Shown here piece after piece: positions 9,192 through 18,978 of a stretch of DNA of 64,000 nt (the stretch's first letter is position 1; each line of letters begins with the position of its first letter). Made by a program: the position numbers and the translations under genes. Under the pieces are notes generated by a model. That model worked only from the letters and a program-made list of their open reading frames with translations, was not told where the DNA came from and ran no database searches. The DNA is from Candidatus Ozemobacteraceae bacterium (lineage in GTDB: Bacteria; Muiribacteriota; Ozemobacteria; Ozemobacterales; Ozemobacteraceae), in the NCBI GenBank assembly GCA_965140445.1, contig OZ223236.1, positions 2,208,001-2,272,000 on the forward strand, in the 5' to 3' direction.

Positions 9192-10997
9192 ATGTACTTG
9201 TCAAATATAAAACTTTGGAACTTTAGAAAATTTGGTGAAGAGGGGGAAATAAATCCTGCAAAACCTCATTTAGATATAAATCTTACCAAAGGCCTAAATT
9301 TAATTATTGGCGAAAATGATTCTGGAAAAAGCGCAATTGTTGATGCCATAAAATTAGTATTGAAAACACACAGTTACGATTTCATAAGAGTTGATGAAAA
9401 AGATTTTCACAAGAAATCAAACCGTTTCCGTATAGAATTGACTTTTAATGGTTTAACGCCGGACGAAGCAAAAAATTTTACTGAATGGTTAAGTTGGCAA
9501 GGCTCTGGCGAAAAAGCAAAACCATTTTTAAAGCTCAATTTCGATGTACAGCGTAAAGCTAATAAAATATTACCATCCGATGTTAAAGCGGGTGTTGATG
9601 AAGATGGGTATTTACTTACAGCAGAAGCAAAAGAATATCTAAAAACAACTTATTTAAAGCCCTTACGTGATGCAGAAAAAGAATTAGTTGCTAAGCGAAA
9701 TTCACGTTTATCGCAAATCCTTTTGGGTGATGAAGCTTTTAAGGGAAAAGAAGATGATAATGAATTGCTAGATATTTTTTCGGGACTTAAAACCAATTTA
9801 GAAAGTTTTTTTAACGAACTTGATGAAGATGGTCAGCCCAAAGTGGGTAAACAGATAAAAGACAAAATTGACGGCTACATAAAGAGCTTCTATGGCAATG
9901 ATTGTATTTCTGAATTTGGGGCAACACCATCCGATACCAAAAGCATTCTTGAAAAATTAACCTTGTCGTTAAAAGGAGAGGCAAACCCTGGATTGGGAAC
10001 ATTGAATCGCTTGTTTATGGCTGCTGAATTGCTTCATTTAAACAAATCAAATTGGAGTGGTTTGCGTTTGGGTTTAGTGGAAGAATTGGAAGCACATTTG
10101 CATCCACAGGCACAAATGCAAGTAATTGAAGCATTTCAAAAGCAAGAGGCTATACAATTAATTCTTACAACTCATAGTCCAAATTTAGCTTCCAAGCTCA
10201 AATTAGAAAACCTAATTATTTGCAACAATGGAAGTGCTTTTCCAATGGGCGACACTTATACCAAGTTGGAAAAAGACGATTACAAGTTTTTAGAAAAGTT
10301 TTTGGACACCACAAAAGCCAATTTATTTTTTGCCAAAGGCGTTATTTTAGTTGAGGGCTGGGCAGAAGAAATTCTTTTGCCAAGTATTGCAAAAGCAATA
10401 GGCATAAACTTAACCGAGAAAGGCGTTTCCATTGTAAATATTGGACATACAGGTTTTGATCATTACGCAAATATTTATTTGCGACAGGCAGAGCCCAATA
10501 TGAAAATTCCTGTGGCTGTAATTACAGATTCTGACGTTAGAGAATATGAAAAACAGATAAAACTAGATGTTGAAGGGAAACCAATAAAAAAAGCCAATGG
10601 AAAAAATGAGTATGATTTCATAAAAAAAGATGTTCAACAAGAAGCAAAAGAGGCAATAGCCAAAATCGAAGCTAAGTCAAAAAGTAATGTAAAATATTTC
10701 CCAGCACTTTGTTGGACGTTAGAATATTCACTTTTTAAATCACCAAGTTTAACAACACTGTTTAAAAATGCAGCAAAAACAATTCACACTGGAACTGATT
10801 GGGAAACTAATTTTGAAAAATCACTTGCCGAAAAATTAATTAATAAAGGATTGAAAAAAACGGAAATTGCTTATCACGTTGCAAACTCTATTGATGAAGA
10901 TTTAAGGAAAGGTGTTTGCTCAATTTCAATTTCAGAAGATTGTGCTGATCCTGTTAATTACCTTGTAAAAGCAATTAAATATGCCACAGATAATTGA
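9192..10997 (+). CDS. gajA: OLD-family ABC-ATPase/TOPRIM nuclease, Gabija GajA-like
   Basis: Walker A GENDSGKS, Walker B LVEELEAHLHP, TTHSP, TOPRIM LVEGWAE and DSD; overlaps the downstream UvrD gene. Confidence 0.85.
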   Translation: MYLSNIKLWNFRKFGEEGEINPAKPHLDINLTKGLNLIIGENDSGKSAIVDAIKLVLKTHSYDFIRVDEKDFHKKSNRFRIELTFNGLTPDEAKNFTEWLSWQGSGEKAKPFLKLNFDVQRKANKILPSDVKAGVDEDGYLLTAEAKEYLKTTYLKPLRDAEKELVAKRNSRLSQILLGDEAFKGKEDDNELLDIFSGLKTNLESFFNELDEDGQPKVGKQIKDKIDGYIKSFYGNDCISEFGATPSDTKSILEKLTLSLKGEANPGLGTLNRLFMAAELLHLNKSNWSGLRLGLVEELEAHLHPQAQMQVIEAFQKQEAIQLILTTHSPNLASKLKLENLIICNNGSAFPMGDTYTKLEKDDYKFLEKFLDTTKANLFFAKGVILVEGWAEEILLPSIAKAIGINLTEKGVSIVNIGHTGFDHYANIYLRQAEPNMKIPVAVITDSDVREYEKQIKLDVEGKPIKKANGKNEYDFIKKDVQQEAKEAIAKIEAKSKSNVKYFPALCWTLEYSLFKSPSLTTLFKNAAKTIHTGTDWETNFEKSLAEKLINKGLKKTEIAYHVANSIDEDLRKGVCSISISEDCADPVNYLVKAIKYATDN

Positions 10998-13017
10998 CAT
11001 ACAAGATGAAGAAATCAAATATGCTGCAGAGTTGCTTTTACCAGCGGGCAAAGGTTTTGACGAGGAGCGGAAAGCGTTTATTGGCAACTTCAACACTATA
11101 GATTTACAAGCCGTTCCCGGAAGTGGAAAAACAACAGCTTTGTTGGCAAAATTGGTTGTTTTGGAGCGGAACCTTCCTTTTGTTGGCGGTTCGGGCATTT
11201 TGGTATTGTCGCATACTAACGCAGCCATTAACGAGATAAAAGAAAAAATACAAAAGCATTGCCCAAAACTTTTTTCTTATCCCAATTTCATTGGTACCAT
11301 TCAAAGCTTTGTTAATGAATTTTTGGCTAAGCCTCTATATGCTTTAGATTTTAAGATGAAACTTAATTGGATCGATACAGATAGATATCAAGAAGAGTTA
11401 ATTAGGCTTTTTAGAAAAATAGCTTGGGATAGGGAATATGATCAACCAGCAAAATGGTTTTATCAAAGAAACATAAGAAGAGCTACTGCCGCTGCTGCAA
11501 ATGGCGATAATTGTTTGAGAAATAAAATCTGCAATAAGCTTATTGAAGACGAAGTTCGCTTTCTTTATTTTGATTTTATAACTAATGAAATTAAGAATAA
11601 CAGTGGCGATGTTCTCTTGAAAGATGTCAATAACAAAAAATATAAGGGGTTAAAATCAATAATCCTTGAAACTCTTAAAAATGGCATTATTTCTTTTGAT
11701 TATGCCTATCACTTTGGTGAATGCTACCTTCACAAAATTCCAAATATAAAAAAAATATTACAGAAACGCTTTAAATATGTTTTTGTTGATGAAATGCAGG
11801 ATATGGACACGCATCAATACAATTTGTTAGAAAAGATTTTTTATGATGCGGGAAATAGTATTTCAGTAATTCAAAGAATTGGTGACCAAAATCAAGCAAT
11901 TTATAATTCTGTAAAAGCGGCTGATGTTTGGCTAGCTAGAGGAGAAGTCTTAAGGCTAAACGGAAGTCAGCGATTGAGTAAACCAATTGCCAATGTAGTG
12001 GAAAAATTTGCCCTATACAGTGATGCAACCTTTAATATTGTTGGACGAAATGAGTGTGAAATTAAACCTCATATTTTAGTTTTTGAGAATGGAACAATTG
12101 GAAATATCATTCCTTGTTTTGCTCAAATTGTAAGAGAAAAAAAATTAGGCAATTCTGAAAGACCGATCAAAGTTATTTGTTGGAACACGGATTGGAAAAA
12201 CGATGAAGCAAGTAGAAATGATCCAACAAAACTGCGTTTAGAGGATTATTATAAAGGTTTCAAAAAAGAAATGGGAAAACCAAAACAGGATTACGAAAAC
12301 TTGAAAAGCTATTTGCTATACTATGAGAAAAAGCAAACCTTAGGGCCTTTACGAAAAAATATTTTGAACGCTTTCCTAAAAATTTTGTGTTTGGAAAACA
12401 TCAATACAACAGCCGGTAGGCCTTACACAAAGAAAAAACTAATTGGCTTTATTTTAGACACGGCCATTCAAAAATATGACGAATTGAATTTGAACCTTTA
12501 CAATTGGTCAATTGGAATAATTCAAGATAAGACAGATGAAGTTTGGAACAGCATAAAAGGATACATCCCTAATTTGCTTGCAATGTTTGGCAAAACCATT
12601 GCCGCAAGTTCAGATTTCATCAATACTGGCAAGGCTGAAATTCCTGTCGAAAATGCGGGTTTTGTTACATCTACAAACCTTTTCAAGGAGGATGATGTTG
12701 AAATTGAAATTACAAGTATTCATGCGGTAAAAGGGCAAACGCACTGCGCAACTTTGTATTTAGAATCATATTTTCATAAAGACGGTCGCGGAGCAAATGT
12801 GAAATCTTACGAATCACAGCGATTAAAAGACCAATTTTTAGGAATACAAATTCAATCATCAAAAGTTGGTGAAAGAGTTAAGCAATCTACTAAAATGGCG
12901 TATGTTGGTTTTTCGCGACCAACCAATCTCCTTTGCGTTGCTGTGCATAAAGATAGATTTGATACTCTTTTAAGTGGGATAAATAGAAATGATTGGGAAA
13001 TTATTGAAGTAACATAA
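10981..13017 (+). CDS. gajB: UvrD/SF1 helicase, Gabija GajB-like
   Basis: AVPGSGKT, VDEMQD, GDQNQAIY, SIHAVKG, YVGFSRP; 17-bp overlap with the OLD nuclease gene. Confidence 0.85.
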   Translation: MPQIIDIQDEEIKYAAELLLPAGKGFDEERKAFIGNFNTIDLQAVPGSGKTTALLAKLVVLERNLPFVGGSGILVLSHTNAAINEIKEKIQKHCPKLFSYPNFIGTIQSFVNEFLAKPLYALDFKMKLNWIDTDRYQEELIRLFRKIAWDREYDQPAKWFYQRNIRRATAAAANGDNCLRNKICNKLIEDEVRFLYFDFITNEIKNNSGDVLLKDVNNKKYKGLKSIILETLKNGIISFDYAYHFGECYLHKIPNIKKILQKRFKYVFVDEMQDMDTHQYNLLEKIFYDAGNSISVIQRIGDQNQAIYNSVKAADVWLARGEVLRLNGSQRLSKPIANVVEKFALYSDATFNIVGRNECEIKPHILVFENGTIGNIIPCFAQIVREKKLGNSERPIKVICWNTDWKNDEASRNDPTKLRLEDYYKGFKKEMGKPKQDYENLKSYLLYYEKKQTLGPLRKNILNAFLKILCLENINTTAGRPYTKKKLIGFILDTAIQKYDELNLNLYNWSIGIIQDKTDEVWNSIKGYIPNLLAMFGKTIAASSDFINTGKAEIPVENAGFVTSTNLFKEDDVEIEITSIHAVKGQTHCATLYLESYFHKDGRGANVKSYESQRLKDQFLGIQIQSSKVGERVKQSTKMAYVGFSRPTNLLCVAVHKDRFDTLLSGINRNDWEIIEVT

Positions 13018-13077
13018 AAATGAGGCCATATTTTGGGTGAAATTAAAAATGGTAAAAATTAAATTAAAGTAGCGTAA

Positions 13078-13178
13078 TTCTAACAAATGCCTCGACGCTG
13101 AATATAGCCGATGTTAAAGGGGCTTGCTAAGCAAGCCCGCTCCATCTTGGCCATTTTCGGTCACGACATACGTTAGAA
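13078..13178 (+). mobile_element. attC-like integron recombination site
   Basis: R'' TTCTAAC, 5-nt spacer, L'' CCT(C)GACG; central hairpin GGGCTTGC-taa-GCAAGCCC; L' GGTCACG, 6-nt spacer, R' GTTAGAA. 101 bp, 60 nt after the gajB stop. Confidence 0.7.
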
Positions 13179-13252
13179 CTTAAAATTTGAAAATTATTCA
13201 TACCTAATTGCTGATCCATAGCTATTAGGTTTACTTTACTTGGGAGATAAAA

Positions 13253-14185
13253 ATGTTACATGATATTCCTAGCTATGAGGACTTTATTAAATCAGGAAAA
13301 GGGCAATTTGATTTTGCTTGGGATGTTGCAATAAGCTATTTAAAGCTTGTCGATGAAGCGAATACTTCTGGTTGGCTTGATGGGGATGATCCAGAAGACA
13401 GTGAGAAAGAAGAAGAATTTTGGGAAGCAGCAAAGCAGAGACTGCAAAATGCCTTAGCCATTTTGCAACAAGGGGTTGAGTTTATTCTTAAAGGTTATAT
13501 TGCTAAAATAAGCCCTTATATACTAATAGCTGGAGCTCCAGCTGAATGGCCTAAGCAAAAAGGAAAGAAGGCTATTTCTTTTTCAGATCTTAAAACTATT
13601 GATTCTCAGGATTTAATAAAAACTTATAATCTTTTTTCTCCAACTTCACTTCCAGTTGATTTTGTCACCAAATTTAACCATTTGAGAATGCTTAGAAATC
13701 GTTCTGTTCATTCAATTGATAAAGAATTGAAGGTGTCGGCAATAGAAGTTATAACTAACGTCTTGGAAATGCATAAATTTTTACTTCCTAATGAAAACTG
13801 GGTAGTTACTAGAACTAATTTTCTAGAAGATTCCCCAACTTCTTTGCTTTTTTATTCCTATGAAGCAGTTCCGGCACAAGTCTCATGGGAGTTTTTTATT
13901 GTTTTTTCTTTATTAACTTCTTCGGAAGTAAAGAAATTTTTTAAAATAGAAAAAAAACAACGGAATTATATCTGTCCTGAATGTAAATTGAATAGTGGGG
14001 ATTATGCATCAATAGAGCCCAAATATGCCGTTTTGATTCCAAACACGCCAAAATCCAATCAAATTTATTGTTTTGTTTGTCAAAAAAAACACAAGGTTAT
14101 TAGAGAAAGGTGTTGTGAAATTGGATGCAAAGGAAATGTAATTGATGAATATGGGTATTGCTGTTCCTGCGGTGTTTCCCAATGA
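13253..14185 (+). CDS. HEPN-domain protein with C-terminal Cys-rich Zn-finger region
   Basis: QQGVEFILKG (HEPN N-terminal E..LK helix), RNRSVH (RxxxxH), C-terminal CPEC, CFVC, CCEIGC, CCSC. Confidence 0.65.
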   Translation: MLHDIPSYEDFIKSGKGQFDFAWDVAISYLKLVDEANTSGWLDGDDPEDSEKEEEFWEAAKQRLQNALAILQQGVEFILKGYIAKISPYILIAGAPAEWPKQKGKKAISFSDLKTIDSQDLIKTYNLFSPTSLPVDFVTKFNHLRMLRNRSVHSIDKELKVSAIEVITNVLEMHKFLLPNENWVVTRTNFLEDSPTSLLFYSYEAVPAQVSWEFFIVFSLLTSSEVKKFFKIEKKQRNYICPECKLNSGDYASIEPKYAVLIPNTPKSNQIYCFVCQKKHKVIRERCCEIGCKGNVIDEYGYCCSCGVSQ

Positions 14186-14189
14186 ATAT

Positions 14190-14394
14190 TTTCAATGACT
14201 CGTCGCAGGCAATCCAGGAGATGTAAAACCTGTTGGTGAGGGAGTGTCTGAATTGAAAATTGATTACAGCCCAGGCTATCGAGTTTATTTTAAAAAAACA
14301 AGGACAGGAATTAATCATTCTATTGGCTGTTGGAGATAAAAGCTCTCAGGCAAAGGATATAAAATTGCCTTTGGGTCTTGCACGAAATCTTTAG
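14190..14394 (+). pseudogene. Truncated, frameshifted RelE/HigB-family 'addiction module killer' toxin
   Basis: Reads Q*LVAGNPGDVKPVGEGVSELKIDYSPGYRVYFKK, then after a +1 shift in the A7 run (14292-14298) QGQELIILLAVGDKSSQAKDI...; in-frame TGA at 14196; N-terminus absent. Confidence 0.8.
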
Positions 14395-14403
14395 GAGATT
14401 AGT

Positions 14404-14721
14404 ATGAAAAAAACTACTACAACCAGATACGATGTTGCCGAACATCTTCGAAATCCAGAAGAAATGGCAGCATATCTTGAGGCATGCCTGGAAGAAGCTG
14501 ATGGTGACGCTGCATTTATTGCAAAGGCATTGGGTGATATCGCACGGGCAAAAGGAATGACACAAGTTGCCCGCGATGCTGGACTTTCTCGAGAAAGTTT
14601 ATATAAAGCGCTTTCAGGGGATAGAAAACCTGGATTTGATACCATCTTGAAAATAATTAAGGCTCTAGGCCTTAAACTTCATGCTGAAGCTTGTTTAACT
14701 CAGACACCTTTGAAAAAGTAG
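14404..14721 (+). CDS. Addiction module antidote protein (HigA-like HTH antitoxin)
   Basis: YDVAEHL...AYL...ALGDIARAKGMTQVARDAGLSRESLYKALS; GGAG RBS. Confidence 0.9.
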   Translation: MKKTTTTRYDVAEHLRNPEEMAAYLEACLEEADGDAAFIAKALGDIARAKGMTQVARDAGLSRESLYKALSGDRKPGFDTILKIIKALGLKLHAEACLTQTPLKK

Positions 14722-14816
14722 AACTTGGGATTGAAGTAAAAGAAATTGGAAATTGGAGTAATGTTTGGTAGTAATGTTATCATTCAAGAATGCTCTATCT
14801 AATTGAAAGGATCCGT

Positions 14817-15536
14817 ATGAAAAAAATCCTGGCAGCTTTAATTGGCTTATTTCTTTTTTCTATAATGATTTACCAAATGTTTGTAACAAGACCAATTATA
14901 GTTGGGAAGGCTCCTAACATAACCAAGCGAGCTTTTATACTTATGCACGGATATGGAGCTGCTGAGGATGATTTGAAAAGAATTGCCGAGTTTATCCTCA
15001 ATTTGGACCCGAGATGGACATTTGTTCTCGTTCCGGGGCCGTATAGAGTTGGTGTTTCCGGACGCAGCTATTACAGTGTTAGAAGCGGCAAAACAAAAGA
15101 GGATTTCCTGAAGAAGTATGCCGAAGAAAGAGCTAAAACTCGCGCGATTGTTGACGATTGCGTAAAAGACCTCATCAAAAAAGGGGTAACAACGGAAAAG
15201 CTGGTCATCGGTGGATTCTCTGAAGGGGGAATAGTAGCTACGGACTATGTTTTAAATGCCCCTGAAAGGCATATACCTTCCGGTTTTGTTTTTCTTTCTG
15301 GAAAGGTTGAATACCTGGAATTGGAAAAATTAAAAAATCGCGACAAACCGATCAATGCGTTTGTTAGTCATGGGGAAAACGACGAAATGGTAAGCATTCA
15401 TGAGTCAAAAACTTTAATAAAAGCGCTCTCAAGCAATAAGAAGAACAAAATTACTAAAGTTTTCTTTAATGGCCCTCACCAGATTTCAAAAAAAACAGCT
15501 GAAGAGTTAGGCAAGTATCTTCTTGCTATTCCATGA
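14817..15536 (+). CDS. Phospholipase/carboxylesterase family alpha/beta hydrolase
   Basis: MHGYG, GFSEGG nucleophile elbow, HGENDEMV, GPH; N-terminal TM anchor. Confidence 0.85.
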   Translation: MKKILAALIGLFLFSIMIYQMFVTRPIIVGKAPNITKRAFILMHGYGAAEDDLKRIAEFILNLDPRWTFVLVPGPYRVGVSGRSYYSVRSGKTKEDFLKKYAEERAKTRAIVDDCVKDLIKKGVTTEKLVIGGFSEGGIVATDYVLNAPERHIPSGFVFLSGKVEYLELEKLKNRDKPINAFVSHGENDEMVSIHESKTLIKALSSNKKNKITKVFFNGPHQISKKTAEELGKYLLAIP

Positions 15537-15621
15537 TTTTAGCTTGTAGATGCCTGTGAGGCAACGATAGTTACCAGACACCAATATTTTACAAACAGTA
15601 ATGGGTTTGCTCCAGGCTTTA

Positions 15622-16176
15622 CTATTTCTGACTTATTGAGTTAACAAAATCATTAAGCTGTTTTTTTGATCTTATGTGAACGAAGGTCTGTTCGTTTGCT
15701 TTCTTTTCTTTCAGGGATAATATTTTGGGTCTGACCTTGCCTTTGAAATTCCAGATTATTTTTATGGTTTGGGGGATTATTTTATATTCGGGGCATTCTG
15801 GGGGCAGCTCAGGCCTTTGGGAGAAAAGATGGCGGAGGGTTCTTTTGGTGTATCTCAAATAAGAAGTTCGTCGACTAAAATCTAGAAATATAACCGTTTC
15901 AGCTTTTTCCTGAATAAATAAAGAGACTCCTTCGACAATCCAGCTGGGAGAGCTTGTTATGTTCTCTTCCAATTCTGCGCGCAGAGGTTGCTCTGTTTTT
16001 TGCCAGTTTGGTTTCCAGACTATTTTATCCAGACCAAAGACTTCTGTCTCAAGGATTTCTCCCAGCTTTTTTGCTAAAGTTGATTTTCCGGAGCCTGCAT
16101 TTCCGGTAACAAAGATTCGATATGGTTTGTTAATTTTCAGACTTTTTCCAGAGGCGTTGTGGTAGTCATTATCCAT
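15622..16176 (-). CDS. FlaR-like / adenylate-kinase-related P-loop protein
   Basis: GNAGSGKSTLA, LDKIVWKPNW, WIVEG, RPELPPECPE. Confidence 0.8.
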   Translation of the reverse strand: MDNDYHNASGKSLKINKPYRIFVTGNAGSGKSTLAKKLGEILETEVFGLDKIVWKPNWQKTEQPLRAELEENITSSPSWIVEGVSLFIQEKAETVIFLDFSRRTSYLRYTKRTLRHLFSQRPELPPECPEYKIIPQTIKIIWNFKGKVRPKILSLKEKKANEQTFVHIRSKKQLNDFVNSISQK

Positions 16177-16405
16177 AAAGCCCTATCCAGGCAGCTAAGC
16201 CACCGCAGAGGATCGTCCAAAAGGCGGTAAATGATACTTCCATCCAGAATTTTTTGGGATTAGCTTTGCGCAGACAAGTTCTGGCATATTGGCCATGCCC
16301 AGATAGCGTTTTTCCCCGATAAATATCCCGGATGGTTATGTAGGCAAAAATCGCGCAGCCAGTTGTTAAGACGGTGAGGATTTTCTTTTTTAATTCGAGT
16401 TCCAT
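16169..16405 (-). CDS. Small hypothetical membrane protein
   Basis: Two hydrophobic segments; 8-bp overlap with the downstream gene. Confidence 0.55.
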   Translation of the reverse strand: MELELKKKILTVLTTGCAIFAYITIRDIYRGKTLSGHGQYARTCLRKANPKKFWMEVSFTAFWTILCGGLAAWIGLYG

Positions 16406-16585
16406 ATTTTTCTTTTATCACATTCAGGATGATTTAAGATACAACTTCAGCTCGCCACAGGCAAACAGGTTTGAAATTAATTTTTGTAATTCTTTTATTG
16501 AAAGGTTTTATATTGAATACGTGGAAAAAAAATCTGGATTGTCGTATTTTAAAACATCTACGAAACAAACCCACTGAGAGAATTT

Positions 16586-18025
16586 GTGTTATTTAATTCA
16601 ATTGATTTTGCCCTTTTCCTGCCAGTTGTGTTTGGCATCTACTGGCTTTTGGCGAAGGGGTCTTTAAAGAAGCAAAACCTATTTATAACAGCGGCAAGCT
16701 ACTTTTTTTATGGCTGCTGGGATTGGCGCTTTTTGTTTTTAATTTTTATCAGCACTGCTGTGGATTTTCTGGTCGGAGTTAAGCTCGAAAAGACATCTGA
16801 TAGCGTTTGCAGAAAGAGATACCTGTTGTTCAGTCTGACAACTAATCTGGGAATTCTAGGTTTTTTTAAGTATTTTAACTTTTTTGCAGACAACTTTAAC
16901 GCAGTGTTTTCCTTTTTGGGAGCAAGTTTCAGTGTTGATTCCCTACAGATAATTCTGCCGGTTGGAATTAGCTTTTATACTTTCCAGACCTTGAGCTACA
17001 CAATTGATGTTTATCGTAAAAAAATTACTCCCACCCACAGTTTTATTGAATTTGCGGCTTTTGTCAGCTTTTTTCCACAACTTGTGGCTGGGCCGATTGA
17101 AAGAGCTAAAAATCTATTACCCCAATTCTCGCAAAAAAGGGTGTTCTCCTACGATGGCTCTGTAAACGGTTTGCGGCAGATACTTTGGGGTTTATTCAAA
17201 AAGGTCGTTGTTGCAGATCGTTGTGCTGCTTTTGTAAACAGAGTATTTGAAAATCCATCCGATTATTCTGGCTCTGTTTTGCTGCTGGGGGCCGCATTTT
17301 TTGCTTTCCAGATTTATTGTGATTTTTCAGGTTATTCAGATATAGCCATCGGAACAGCTCGCTTATTTGGGTTTAATCTAAAGCGCAATTTTGCCTTTCC
17401 ATACTTCTCACGTGATATTGCAGAGTTCTGGAGGAGGTGGCACATTTCTTTATCCAGCTGGTTCCGGGATTATGTGTATATTCCGCTTGGCGGTAGCAAG
17501 GGCAATAATCTGCAGAAATTGCGGAATGTTCTGCTTGTTTTTACATTGAGTGGCTTCTGGCACGGAGCAAACTGGACTTTCATTGTCTGGGGAATCTACA
17601 ATGCGCTTTTGTTTCTGCCTCTGATTCTGGCGGGTAAAAACCGCGAAAACATTGACATTGCAGCTAAAGGCAGGCTTTTTCCCGGTCTGATAGAGCTGGG
17701 AAAAATAGCAATAACCTTTTTGCTCACTTCACTTGGTTGGGTCTTTTTCCGCTCTGATTCTTTGTCTCAGGCAATGGTTGTCTTCTCAAAGGTTTTTTCC
17801 AATTCTCTTTTTGAAATTCCGCGCATTGGAGCAGCAGAGGCTTCAACACTAAAATTTATTTTGTTCCTGATCATCGTGGAATGGATCGGTAGGGAAGGGG
17901 ACTACGCACTTTCAGGCCTGGGGCGCGTTCCTGTAGTTCTTCGCTGGGCATTTTATTACTTGATTATTTTCTTTCTCTTTGCCTATAACGGTGAAGAGCA
18001 GGTCTTTATCTATTTTCAATTCTAG
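16586..18025 (+). CDS. MBOAT family O-acyltransferase (AlgI/PatA-like)
   Basis: LPVGISFYTFQ, FFPQLVAGPIER, DFSGYSDIA, FWRRWHISLS, SGFWHGA. Confidence 0.93.
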   Translation: MLFNSIDFALFLPVVFGIYWLLAKGSLKKQNLFITAASYFFYGCWDWRFLFLIFISTAVDFLVGVKLEKTSDSVCRKRYLLFSLTTNLGILGFFKYFNFFADNFNAVFSFLGASFSVDSLQIILPVGISFYTFQTLSYTIDVYRKKITPTHSFIEFAAFVSFFPQLVAGPIERAKNLLPQFSQKRVFSYDGSVNGLRQILWGLFKKVVVADRCAAFVNRVFENPSDYSGSVLLLGAAFFAFQIYCDFSGYSDIAIGTARLFGFNLKRNFAFPYFSRDIAEFWRRWHISLSSWFRDYVYIPLGGSKGNNLQKLRNVLLVFTLSGFWHGANWTFIVWGIYNALLFLPLILAGKNRENIDIAAKGRLFPGLIELGKIAITFLLTSLGWVFFRSDSLSQAMVVFSKVFSNSLFEIPRIGAAEASTLKFILFLIIVEWIGREGDYALSGLGRVPVVLRWAFYYLIIFFLFAYNGEEQVFIYFQF

Positions 18026-18032
18026 GGGAAAC

Positions 18033-18962
18033 ATGAAAAAGTTTATTTTGCGTCTGCTGTTATTTTCACTGCTCGCCTATGTGGGCGGTGAAATTGTGGT
18101 GCGCAATTACCAGCTGGTTCCCGATGTTCCAAGAAGGTTTGTTGGTGAACGTGGGATTCAGCGATATATTAATGGTCAGAGCGGATACTTCAAGAATTTT
18201 TCTAATAGATGGCAGGTTAACGATCTGGGATGGCTTGGAGTTGCTGACACCAGCAGGAAACAAACCATTTCTATCATTGGCGATTCATTCATTGAAAATA
18301 TGGCAAATCCAATCACCTCAAATCAGGGGTTCTTGTTACAGGAAGCTTTTAAAGACATAGGCTTCGTGGAGGCCGGGCGCTCGGGAGTGACCTTTATAGA
18401 AGCTCTCGAGATTTCCAGATTACTGGATAAACAGGCTTCCCCGTCGCGGCATTTGATCTATGTTTCCGATAATGATTTTTTTGAAAGCCTGGTTTCGATT
18501 AAACCCTATAAAGATCGTATGCAGCTTGATTTAAGCAATGGTCAGATTATTCAGGGTACCCTCAAAGCACCGGGGCTTAAAAAAATCCTGTATAACCTCA
18601 AGTTTCTGTATTATCTCTATCTTCGTTTTCCAATTTTCGTCAGTGCTCAGAATAAAGGAGTTTTGCCGGGCGCAAATGACGTTGAAAATACCGAAATTTC
18701 GCAAAAGCTTAAAAGCCTGTTAGAGTTTTCCCTCAAAAACTATGACTTCTCAAAGATTGTGCTGGTTTTTCATCCCGGCACCAGCAAAGCAATTATTGAC
18801 ATGGCAAAAGGGTACAGAATTAAATTTATTCAGCTCAAAGAGAAAGATGGCAAAAGCTGGAAGCAGGGTGAACGGGAAATCCACTGGTCCGTTTATGGCC
18901 ATCAGTGCGCAGCAGAACAGGTTGAGCAATGGATAAAAAAACATATGAGCGCTGGCGAATAA
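18033..18962 (+). CDS. SGNH/AlgJ-like partner of the MBOAT protein
   Basis: N-terminal anchor MKKFILRLLLF, IIGDSFIE, C-terminal EIHWSVYGH; directly downstream of the MBOAT gene. Confidence 0.7.
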   Translation: MKKFILRLLLFSLLAYVGGEIVVRNYQLVPDVPRRFVGERGIQRYINGQSGYFKNFSNRWQVNDLGWLGVADTSRKQTISIIGDSFIENMANPITSNQGFLLQEAFKDIGFVEAGRSGVTFIEALEISRLLDKQASPSRHLIYVSDNDFFESLVSIKPYKDRMQLDLSNGQIIQGTLKAPGLKKILYNLKFLYYLYLRFPIFVSAQNKGVLPGANDVENTEISQKLKSLLEFSLKNYDFSKIVLVFHPGTSKAIIDMAKGYRIKFIQLKEKDGKSWKQGEREIHWSVYGHQCAAEQVEQWIKKHMSAGE

Positions 18963-18978
18963 GTTTTAAAGCACTATT

